This document shows positions 7,750-15,136 of a DNA stretch of 30,282 bases, one piece after another. A program made the translations under genes and the position numbers. The number at the start of each line of letters is the position of its first letter. Within the stretch, counting starts at the first letter, position 1. Under the pieces are notes generated by a model. The model saw nothing but the letters and a program-made list of their open reading frames with translations, was not told the DNA's origin and made no database searches. The DNA is from Nitrospinales bacterium. GTDB lineage: Bacteria; Nitrospinota; Nitrospinia; Nitrospinales; JAJDAT01. The stretch lies in NCBI GenBank assembly GCA_046757665.1, contig JBHHYO010000030.1:1-30282 (forward strand). Direction: 5' to 3'.

Positions 7750-8177
7750 AATTTTCCCAGCCGCTCCTGAAGTTTTTCCAGCAGGTATTTCGCTTCCCGC
7801 AAGAAGCCTGGAAGAACCCTGAGCACCTCCTCCGCTTTTTTCGCGTCGTAGACGTGGCTGGTTATGCCGCGTGCCTTCCTGTAGTTTTGCCATGCGCTCA
7901 AATCCGAAAGCAGGACGTTGTTTTCGCATCCGGTGCGTATGAGATCCGCAAAAGACATGTTGTCGATTTCCGCCGGATTGGGAGAGGACATTTCCAGATA
8001 GCGTTTGAGAGTCTTCCAGCACAACTCATAGGTGAACTCAAAATTCTGAATGACGCCTGCCTTGATGAGTTCGCGTTCATCTTCCCGCAACTCCCGCATC
8101 CTGTCGGATGCCGCCATTTTCAAAGCTCGGTCAAGCAACGCAACCACTTTTTGCAAACTGCTGATATCCAACACCAT
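7746..8177 (-). CDS. HI0074-family HEPN protein (nucleotidyltransferase substrate-binding / toxin)
   Basis: GVIQNFEFTYELCWK motif and R-x4-H-x-Y (RGITSHVY). Confidence 0.92.
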   Translation of the reverse strand: MVLDISSLQKVVALLDRALKMAASDRMRELREDERELIKAGVIQNFEFTYELCWKTLKRYLEMSSPNPAEIDNMSFADLIRTGCENNVLLSDLSAWQNYRKARGITSHVYDAKKAEEVLRVLPGFLREAKYLLEKLQERLGKL

Positions 8178-8264
8178 GATAACGCCCTTTCCTCTTACTC
8201 TTTAAACATTCCCGCCAGCCGATTCATCTTATCATCAGTGGCGGCGTTTTCGCAAAATCCGGGG

Positions 8265-8747
8265 CTATGCCTTGCCTCCCTGCGCCGGGTTAAGGGTCTC
8301 TGCCGGTTGATGGTGTTCCAGGATAAAAGTCACCGGCCCGTCGTTTTGGATATCCACCAGCATGTCGGCGCCGAACTGCCCCGCCGCCACGGTCAGGCCG
8401 GCGCCGGCAATGCGGTCGATAAACAAGCGATAAAGCGTTTCGGCCTGTTCGGGCGGCGCGGCGCGGTCGAATCCGGGCCGCCGGCCGCGGGCACAGTCCG
8501 CCGCCAGGGTGAACTGCGGCACAACGAGGATTTCCCCGCGGACGTCCAGGCAGGAGCGGTTCATTTTTCCCTGTTCGTCGGGGAACATTCGCAGGTTCAC
8601 GGTTTTTTCTGCCAGGTATCGGACCTGTTCCGCTGTGTCGCCTTTTTCTGCGCCCAGGAGAATTGTCAATCCCCCGGCAATTCGCGCGATCTCCCGTCCC
8701 GCCACGCGCACCGAGGAACTCGAAACCCTCTGCAAAACAAGTTTCAT
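8265..8747 (-). CDS. dtd: D-aminoacyl-tRNA deacylase
   Basis: QRVS, QFTL, GRRP, FGADM and NDGPVT motifs. Confidence 0.96.
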   Translation of the reverse strand: MKLVLQRVSSSSVRVAGREIARIAGGLTILLGAEKGDTAEQVRYLAEKTVNLRMFPDEQGKMNRSCLDVRGEILVVPQFTLAADCARGRRPGFDRAAPPEQAETLYRLFIDRIAGAGLTVAAGQFGADMLVDIQNDGPVTFILEHHQPAETLNPAQGGKA

Positions 8748-8762
8748 GACAATGGCCCGCCG

Positions 8763-8936
8763 TCAGCGTGCCCTGAAAAACCGTGCATCCGTTCCCTCCT
8801 CGCCGATTTTAATTTTCACTACGCGAAAGCAAAGAGGGCAACGGCCTTCGTAGGCGTTTTGCTCCTTATTGACGTAAATCCTGCGATACACGTTGCAACA
8901 TTCAAAATGAACGCCCAAAAACTTCTTTTTCTCCAT
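8763..8936 (-). CDS. Small Cys-rich (zinc-ribbon-like) protein, 57 aa; not in the ORF track
   Basis: Manual translation: MEKKKFLGVHFECCNVYRRIYVNKEQNAYEGRCPLCFRVVKIKIGEEGTDARFFRAR. GAGGA RBS 6 nt upstream; fills the yjbQ-dtd gap in operon direction. Confidence 0.85.
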   Translation of the reverse strand: MEKKKFLGVHFECCNVYRRIYVNKEQNAYEGRCPLCFRVVKIKIGEEGTDARFFRAR

Positions 8937-8982
8937 TTCAAATCCTCACCGCCAACGCCGAACCCTCCCGGCAGTCCCGGAT

Positions 8983-9408
8983 TCAAGCGCCCAGAATTTG
9001 CACCCACACCCCCCTTTTGCGGGGCCGGTTGTCGAAATCGCAAAGGATGATCTGTTGCCAGGTTCCCAGCAATAACCGGCCATTCTTGAAAGGCACGGTA
9101 AAGGAAGCGCCCATCAACGCGGCGCGCACATGGGAAAACCCGTTGCCGTCGCCCCAGCGGGCGTCGTGTTCGTAATGCAAATCGACCGGCGCCTGGCGCT
9201 CAATCGCCCGTTTCAAGTCGGCCACGGCGCCGGATTCATATTCAATGGTGGTGATGCCGGCGGTCGAGCCGGGCACGAAAACCGTGGCCACTCCCGCGGA
9301 CAGGTTCGAGTCGCCCACGCTCCGGCAAACGTTTTCCGTGATGTCGAGAATGTCGCCAAAGCCGCGGGTCGCGATATGGAAAGAGTCGGTTTTAACCTGG
9401 ATGCTCAT
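8983..9408 (-). CDS. yjbQ: YjbQ/UPF0047 family protein
   Basis: TAGITTIE, YEHD...GNGFSHVRAALMG and LLLGTWQQI motifs. Confidence 0.93.
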   Translation of the reverse strand: MSIQVKTDSFHIATRGFGDILDITENVCRSVGDSNLSAGVATVFVPGSTAGITTIEYESGAVADLKRAIERQAPVDLHYEHDARWGDGNGFSHVRAALMGASFTVPFKNGRLLLGTWQQIILCDFDNRPRKRGVWVQILGA

Positions 9409-10304
9409 CGGAATTTGCCGAGGTATTTCATTTTGCAGTCGATGAAATCCTTATGGGGGATACGCATGGCCTTGGTGATACGGCGGATTTCCTCGACCTC
9501 CTCATAACCCAGGTCGCCGTCGGCCGCCGAGATTTCGAAAAAGCAGTCCATCAACTTCACTCGGTCCGGATAGGAAACCAGCCGATTGAATTCCGTAACC
9601 ACCTCATAAAAATCGAATCCCCACGCCGTCTGCTCCTCCAAAACGTCAAGGATGATTTCCAATTCCTCATCGGTAAAGGAATAATGCGCGCTTAATATCC
9701 CGCGCAACGCATTTTTTTCTTCGTCGGAAAAGGTTTCGTCCACAAAGGCCACCGACCCCAGCAGGACGCCGAACAGGCAGGCCAGATAAAGCTGGTCCTC
9801 CGACAGGCTGATTTTAGCTTTTTCCCCGTCGGCCCTCAAACCGACTTTATTGAGGACGATGTTCTTGAAATATTTTTGCAACTGCGGTTTGGTTTCGCGG
9901 GCGGGTTTAAAAATAACGCGGGCCAGCACGTTACGGATTTTCCCCAGCGTTTTTTCGGTAAAGGACGTGTCTTCGAGAAGAGCGGTCAGCCGGCGCAACA
10001 AGGCTTGTTCCCGCTCGTGGATTTCCTTATCCGCCCCGGCCATCAATTCCATGGCTTGCAGAAATTCCTTTTTGTCCCCGGGCGCGGTCACTTCGGCCGC
10101 GAATTTGCGAAACAAGTTTTCCTGTTCCTTTTCGGAAAGCGGGGCGCGCAGGTAGGGATTCAACTCCTCAATTTCCTCCGGGGACAGGTTGAACTTCCGG
10201 TAAAAGGATTTCAGGACATTCAGCTCGGACAGGGCAATTTCGCCATCCGCCCAGGCAATGACCGTCAAGATTTTCAGCAAGGTAAGTTTTTTAAAATGAG
10301 ACAT
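9405..10304 (-). CDS. Tandem TerB-like domain protein
   Basis: Two TerB modules (IAWADGEIALSE...ADKEIHERE and VAFVDETFSDEE...ISAADGDLGYEE); 4-nt overlap with yjbQ. Confidence 0.88.
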   Translation of the reverse strand: MSHFKKLTLLKILTVIAWADGEIALSELNVLKSFYRKFNLSPEEIEELNPYLRAPLSEKEQENLFRKFAAEVTAPGDKKEFLQAMELMAGADKEIHEREQALLRRLTALLEDTSFTEKTLGKIRNVLARVIFKPARETKPQLQKYFKNIVLNKVGLRADGEKAKISLSEDQLYLACLFGVLLGSVAFVDETFSDEEKNALRGILSAHYSFTDEELEIILDVLEEQTAWGFDFYEVVTEFNRLVSYPDRVKLMDCFFEISAADGDLGYEEVEEIRRITKAMRIPHKDFIDCKMKYLGKFR

Positions 10305-10337
10305 GGCCGCCTGTTTGTGAAAGTTCCACTATTTAAA

Positions 10338-10511
10338 AAGACCTTTGCATGAGTGTGCTTGTTTGATTGTCATTGCGAGGAGCGAAGCGACGAAGCAATC
10401 CAGAAATGACCCATTCCCACCGGGCGTGGCCCGGCTGGATCGCCACGCCGCTGGTCGCGGCTCGCGATGACACCGGAAGCGACGAAAAATCTCGGGTTAT
10501 GCAAAGCGCTC
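10338..10511. mobile_element. MITE-like element (174 bp) with imperfect terminal inverted repeats, 9-10 bp target duplication and an internal palindromic repeat
   Basis: Ends AAGACCTTTGCATGA / TTATGCAAAGCGCTC (11/15 inverted match). CTATTTAAA(A) is directly repeated at 10329 and 10512. Internal TGTCATTGCGAG...CTCGCGATGACA at 10368-10472. Confidence 0.75.
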
Positions 10512-11801
10512 CTATTTAAAATGATCCACCCACAACCGCCCCTTTTTGCCTTTTGAGGTGATCGCGAAAATGTCCAGGAACCCTTTATCATTGATATTGC
10601 CAAAGGTCATTTTATCGAAAGGGATGGAATAAGGAAACCGTTTGAGCGTTTCATCGGAAAATTCCCAATCTCCCTTGCCGACCAGGAAGTGCGCCCCTTT
10701 GCGGCTTAAAATAATGATATCGGGGATTCGGTTTCCATTCGCGTCCAGCAAATACACCTGGTGCGAAGGAAGGTTCGGCAACAGTTTCAGGGATTTTTTT
10801 ACGAAATGGCCCTGGCCGTCATTTTCCAGAAAATACGAGAACTCCTTCGCATAGGCGCGGAATTTCGGATCGACACCGGAGGTGACGACCAAAAGATCGT
10901 TATCTCCATCCAGATCGAAATCCGCCCAATCCGCCGCGGCGCCATGCGCCCGCACCGGCGGCAGGGAAACGCGGGAGGTATCGGAGAACTCGCCCAGGCC
11001 GTTGTTGATCAACAACGCATTCCGGCCTTTTCCATAAACGAGGAAAATGTCCGGCGCATTGTCTCCGTCATAGTCGGCGATGGCGGTTCCGGCAACCCCG
11101 GCCCGTATCGGCGGCAACAGGATAAAGGAAGAGTCCGTAAACCGTCCCCGACCGTTGTTGAGCATGAGCTGGGCCTGATTGACGGCCGGACCGCCCGCCG
11201 GGTTGCGCAGGTTTTTCCCGGTGAACAACAGGTCGAGATCGCCATCGGCGTCAAGGTCGGCCAAATCGACGCGCTCGATTCCGTTATCCAGCGGCGGCAA
11301 GGCGGGAATGCCCTTGCGGTAAAAATACCCCTTCTTATTGTTGAACAGGGACCGGGCGACACTTTTCGTGCCCGCGGTTCCCAGAAGAAGCAGATCGCTT
11401 GCCCCGTCGCCGTTCAAATCTCCGGCGGCGATGAAGTCGATCCGCATATGCCAATCGCGGTTCAATCCGCTGTTCCCGGACGGGGAAAACTTTCCCTCGC
11501 CCTGGTTGATCAACACCTTGATCCTGTTTCTTTGGTTGCGCGCCAGGGAAACCAGAATCAGGTCCGCCTGGGAATCGGCGTTCACGGGAGTCAGCAGGGC
11601 CGTACGTATTCTCGCTGGAATTTTCGGGAAGTACTGGCGCGTCCGGTCAAGATAGCTCTGAGCTTTCGGATCGTACCCCAACAGCGGTTTGTGACTGCAA
11701 TTCGATAAAAAAAGAAGGAAGAGAAAGGAGCAAAAAATCGCGTTAATCAAAAAGCGACCGGGTAATCGGTTCTTTTTCGAGATCGATCTCCATGCCTTCA
11801 T
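10512..11801 (-). CDS. FG-GAP/VCBS-repeat beta-propeller lipoprotein
   Basis: Repeated DxDxDGDxD motifs (GDLNGDGASDL, ADLDADGDLDL, ADYDGDNAPD, ADFDLDGDNDL) and NNGxGxF turns; lipobox-like LSNC. Start uncertain (ATG 11801 or TTG 11750). Confidence 0.88.
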   Translation of the reverse strand: MKAWRSISKKNRLPGRFLINAIFCSFLFLLFLSNCSHKPLLGYDPKAQSYLDRTRQYFPKIPARIRTALLTPVNADSQADLILVSLARNQRNRIKVLINQGEGKFSPSGNSGLNRDWHMRIDFIAAGDLNGDGASDLLLLGTAGTKSVARSLFNNKKGYFYRKGIPALPPLDNGIERVDLADLDADGDLDLLFTGKNLRNPAGGPAVNQAQLMLNNGRGRFTDSSFILLPPIRAGVAGTAIADYDGDNAPDIFLVYGKGRNALLINNGLGEFSDTSRVSLPPVRAHGAAADWADFDLDGDNDLLVVTSGVDPKFRAYAKEFSYFLENDGQGHFVKKSLKLLPNLPSHQVYLLDANGNRIPDIIILSRKGAHFLVGKGDWEFSDETLKRFPYSIPFDKMTFGNINDKGFLDIFAITSKGKKGRLWVDHFK

Positions 11802-12603
11802 AAGCGACCGTACTGTTGGGGAACAGTTGCCGGGTCTCTGCTTCGATTTTCTGCATGAATTTGTCATCGTGGCTGGGATCATGATGGAAAAGAATCAAGT
11901 GTTTGACGTTTGCGGCCTTGGCGATTTTCACGCCTTCCTGCATCGTGCTGTGCCCCCATCCGACACGCGACATTTGCCCGTCCTTTCCATAATATTCACT
12001 GGGGGTGAACTGGCAATCGTAAATCAACACATCAGCCCCGTCCGCCAGGGCCATCAGGTTCTCATCCAACCGGTCATCAAAGTGCTCCGTGTCGGTGGCA
12101 AGCACAATGGATTTGTCCGCCTCGTCGATACGGTAGGCATGACATCGATTGGGATGATTCAGCATGGCCAAACTAACGCGGTAACCATTACCTTCGACCA
12201 CATCTCCGAGCTTGAGATCATGAAAACGGGTGGTGGCGGCCATGATGTCCATGCCCACGGGGAAACACGGAACCGTCATCTGGTTTTTCAGAACATCTTC
12301 AATACTCAGGGGCATGGAGGACCCCCCGTAAATGTCAAATTCGTTGCCTTTTATATAAAGGGGAGTAAAAAAAGGCAGTCCCTGGATATGATCCCAATGC
12401 ACGTGGGAATAAAATATCTTGGCCTTAACGGGCAACTCCTTCATCAGTTGGACGCCGAGGTTGCGTATTCCCGTACCGCTGTCGAAAATAACCAGGTCGT
12501 TGCCGCATCGGAGTTCCAAACAGGTGGTGTTTCCGCCGACGCCCGCCGTGGAGCGGCTACCGGAAGGGACGCTACCCCTGACACCCCAGAATCTAATTTT
12601 CAT
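11743..12603 (-). CDS. Metallo-beta-lactamase-fold hydrolase (RNase Z/phosphodiesterase-like)
   Basis: FWGVRGS, GGNTTC, DSGTG, SHVHWDHIQG, GWGHST and HHDPSH motifs. Confidence 0.93.
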   Translation of the reverse strand: MKIRFWGVRGSVPSGSRSTAGVGGNTTCLELRCGNDLVIFDSGTGIRNLGVQLMKELPVKAKIFYSHVHWDHIQGLPFFTPLYIKGNEFDIYGGSSMPLSIEDVLKNQMTVPCFPVGMDIMAATTRFHDLKLGDVVEGNGYRVSLAMLNHPNRCHAYRIDEADKSIVLATDTEHFDDRLDENLMALADGADVLIYDCQFTPSEYYGKDGQMSRVGWGHSTMQEGVKIAKAANVKHLILFHHDPSHDDKFMQKIEAETRQLFPNSTVAYEGMEIDLEKEPITRSLFD

Positions 12604-12782
12604 CGGTTAACAAGTCCTTTCATACAGCGGCGCGCCAAGCATCGGGATCGCAGTCCACGCCCGCCGGATTCAGGAGTGTGTTTTGACCTCGGAGGAGAGA
12701 TGCAATACCAGAACCGGCAGGGTTCAAAAGAAGAAATATTCTACTAAAAATAGTGGCTGATGAAAACCGATTTCCGAAAAAA

Positions 12783-12839
12783 CCTTCCGACAAGTTCAAG
12801 GGTAGAAAAAACCCGCCATGCCGAGCTTGTCGAGACATG
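12783..12839. repeat. Degenerate REP-like inverted doublet
   Basis: CGACAAGTTC...GAGCTTGTCG inverted pair resembling the CTTCGACAAGCTCAG-type intergenic palindromes, directly after the lipoate ligase stop. Confidence 0.5.
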
Positions 12840-12842
12840 ATT

Positions 12843-13700
12843 CTACATGGCATCCTTGACCTTTAAAAGGACCTTATTCGTTCGGATATCATCATGATCC
12901 ACCGTGTCGAGAAACCGCCGGCGCAGTTCCAGTTCAAAGGCCGTCAGTTCGCCCCTGAACGAGCCTTCGGAAAAGCATTTGGAAAACCCGTCGCGAAACG
13001 CCTTTCGAGCCTCCTCGAACGTGACGGTTCGTCCGCAGATTTCATTCAAGGTCACCGCCGCCCGCTTCAACACCCGCAGGTGAGACCGGCTCGCCTCCGG
13101 GTTTTCAAACCGTAGCAGTGAATTCAATTGTTCCCGGTTCATGTCAATCAACACGGAGCCGTGCTGAAGAAACGCATTGTGCAACCGGCGTTGGGCGCTG
13201 CCGATGAGTTTTCCGTTTCCCACGGCGGTTTCAAACGGACGGCAGACGGCAAAGCACGCCGGACTGCCGGTTTGATCCTGCCGCCCGCCGCGACGGCTCT
13301 GCCTGTTTATGGCGGTCTCCCGGATTCCCAGTTGATCGAGGCCCCGCATCAGGGCATGGGAAATTTTGTAAAACGTTTGCCGAAGACTGCCGGAGAATCT
13401 CGGGTGCCGGATCGGCGCGACAACGCAGTAGGTCAGTTCCGCGTCATGCAAGACGGCACGGCCGCCGGTGGGGCGCCGCACGATGGGGATATTCAAATCG
13501 CGGCAACGTGCCACGTCCACCTGCAACGCCGCGTTTTGCGAATAACCGATGCTCAGCGTCGGTTGTTTCCATCCGTAAAGCCTCAGGGTCGGCGGGGCCT
13601 TGCCCTGGTTGCACGCCTGAAGCACGGCCCGGTCGGTGACCATGTTGAGCACGCCGTCATCCCTTCCTTCTTCAATAATTCTCCAGGGAACGATGGTCAT
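12843..13700 (-). CDS. Lipoate-protein ligase A / octanoyltransferase LipM-like protein
   Basis: NMVTD, PTLRLY, LSIGYSQ, VRRPTGGRAVLH, KLIGSAQ and QHGS motifs. Confidence 0.93.
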   Translation of the reverse strand: MTIVPWRIIEEGRDDGVLNMVTDRAVLQACNQGKAPPTLRLYGWKQPTLSIGYSQNAALQVDVARCRDLNIPIVRRPTGGRAVLHDAELTYCVVAPIRHPRFSGSLRQTFYKISHALMRGLDQLGIRETAINRQSRRGGRQDQTGSPACFAVCRPFETAVGNGKLIGSAQRRLHNAFLQHGSVLIDMNREQLNSLLRFENPEASRSHLRVLKRAAVTLNEICGRTVTFEEARKAFRDGFSKCFSEGSFRGELTAFELELRRRFLDTVDHDDIRTNKVLLKVKDAM

Positions 13701-15136
13701 GCTCCTTCATCAAGTATCTCGAGGGTTCCGGTATCCAAATCGTAAAACGCGCCGACGATTTGCAGTTTTTCCTGGTTGACCCTTTCATTGAGAATGGGCA
13801 TCGATTCCTTTAACTGTTTAACCACGCCGCGGACGTTTTCCCGCGCCACGTTATCGGCAACGTCGCCCGGCCGGTCTTTTGCTTTTTCAATTGCCGGCGC
13901 AAGAGCCTCGACCAGGCTACCGATGTGCCCCTCGGGAGAATTTCCGGACAAGGCGGCATTCACCGCGCCGCATCGCTTGTGGCCCAAAACCACAATCAAT
14001 TCAACCGAGAGGAACTGAACCGAATATTCCAGGCTACCCAAAATCATGTCATTCAGAACGTTCCCCGCCACCTTCAAAACAAACAAATCACCGAGTCCCT
14101 GGTCAAAAATGATTTCAGGCGAAACTCTTGAATCGGCGCAGGCAATCACGGTAGCGAACGGGTTTTGAATTTTGGCGATCTCCCGCCGCCGTTCCAGGGT
14201 TTGATGCGGATGGATACATTTCCCCGTGGTATATCTTTCATTGCCCAGGATCAGCTTTTTCAGGTTTCGGCTCTGCCCGTCAAAACTCATCAATTCGAGT
14301 TTGGCATGAGCCTTCCTCAGGTTTTCCTCCGCCAGTTTTCGTTCGTTAATATCCTCGATAATGGCAACGAAGTTTTTCGGCTGGCCATCCGCGCCGCGAA
14401 CGAGCGACAAGGTTAAATTGACCCAAACTTCCGAACCGTCCTTGCGAAGATAACGCTTTTCCTGGATAAAGTGGTCGATCTCCCCGGCCAGCAACCACTT
14501 GACGTTCACCCTGCTTTCCAGAATATCATCGGGATGGATGATTTCATAAAATGTTTTTTGCAACAGTTCCTCTTTTGTGTAACCCACAATATCGCAAAGT
14601 TTCTGATTCAGCAAAATCCAGCGGCCCTCAAGGTCCAGGTGAGCCATGCCGATAGCGGCTTGATTGAAGGAGGCGCGGAGCTGTTGCGCCTGCACCTTGA
14701 TCTCTTCTTCGGCGGCGGCCTTTTCCCGTTCCAGGGTGATTTTTTCAAAACAGCGGTCCAGGGTGGCAAAAAGTTCCGACGGATTGGTCGGTTTTCTCAG
14801 ATAATCGTAAGCGCCTTCCTTCAAGGCCCGGATGGCGGTGTCAATGGAGCCGAAGCCGGTGATCATAACGCAAAGGATTCCGGGCCGGATTTTTTTGACT
14901 TGAGAAATCAAATCGATGCCGTTGGCGGACCCCAGGCGTATGTCGAGCAAAGCCACCTGGGCATCGAATTGTTTAATCGCCGTCAGAGCCCCTTCTTCAC
15001 TATGCGCCAGGGATGTGGTATACCCTTGCAGTTTCAAAACACCGGCAAGGCTTTCCGCCACATCATGGTCGTCATCAACAATCAAAACGCGGCGGTCGGA
15101 ATCTTTTTTCTCTGAAGTCATGGCATTCTCACTCAT
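13697..15136 (-). CDS. Response regulator: REC + PAS + beta-carbonic anhydrase fusion
   Basis: REC (IVDDD, LLDIRL, ITGFG, LRKP); PAS/PAC (HPDD, RKDGSEVWV, EDINERK); beta-CA (GNERY, CADSRV, GDLFV, AGN, GHKRCGAV, YDLDTG). ATG 15136 overlaps the kinase stop (ATGA). Confidence 0.93.
   Translation of the reverse strand: MSENAMTSEKKDSDRRVLIVDDDHDVAESLAGVLKLQGYTTSLAHSEEGALTAIKQFDAQVALLDIRLGSANGIDLISQVKKIRPGILCVMITGFGSIDTAIRALKEGAYDYLRKPTNPSELFATLDRCFEKITLEREKAAAEEEIKVQAQQLRASFNQAAIGMAHLDLEGRWILLNQKLCDIVGYTKEELLQKTFYEIIHPDDILESRVNVKWLLAGEIDHFIQEKRYLRKDGSEVWVNLTLSLVRGADGQPKNFVAIIEDINERKLAEENLRKAHAKLELMSFDGQSRNLKKLILGNERYTTGKCIHPHQTLERRREIAKIQNPFATVIACADSRVSPEIIFDQGLGDLFVLKVAGNVLNDMILGSLEYSVQFLSVELIVVLGHKRCGAVNAALSGNSPEGHIGSLVEALAPAIEKAKDRPGDVADNVARENVRGVVKQLKESMPILNERVNQEKLQIVGAFYDLDTGTLEILDEGA

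Noticed and set aside
7854-9050. 398-aa plus-strand ORF and other long antisense ORFs (e.g. 5761-6840, 23988-25205, 28365-29732)
   Set aside because: They are shadows of well-supported genes on the opposite strand in GC-rich DNA and carry no motifs.
10370-10603. ORFs 10370-10603 and 20381-20773 sharing DPAGPRPVG...FWIASS
   Set aside because: The shared peptide is a translation of the non-coding repeat element, not evidence of paralogous genes.
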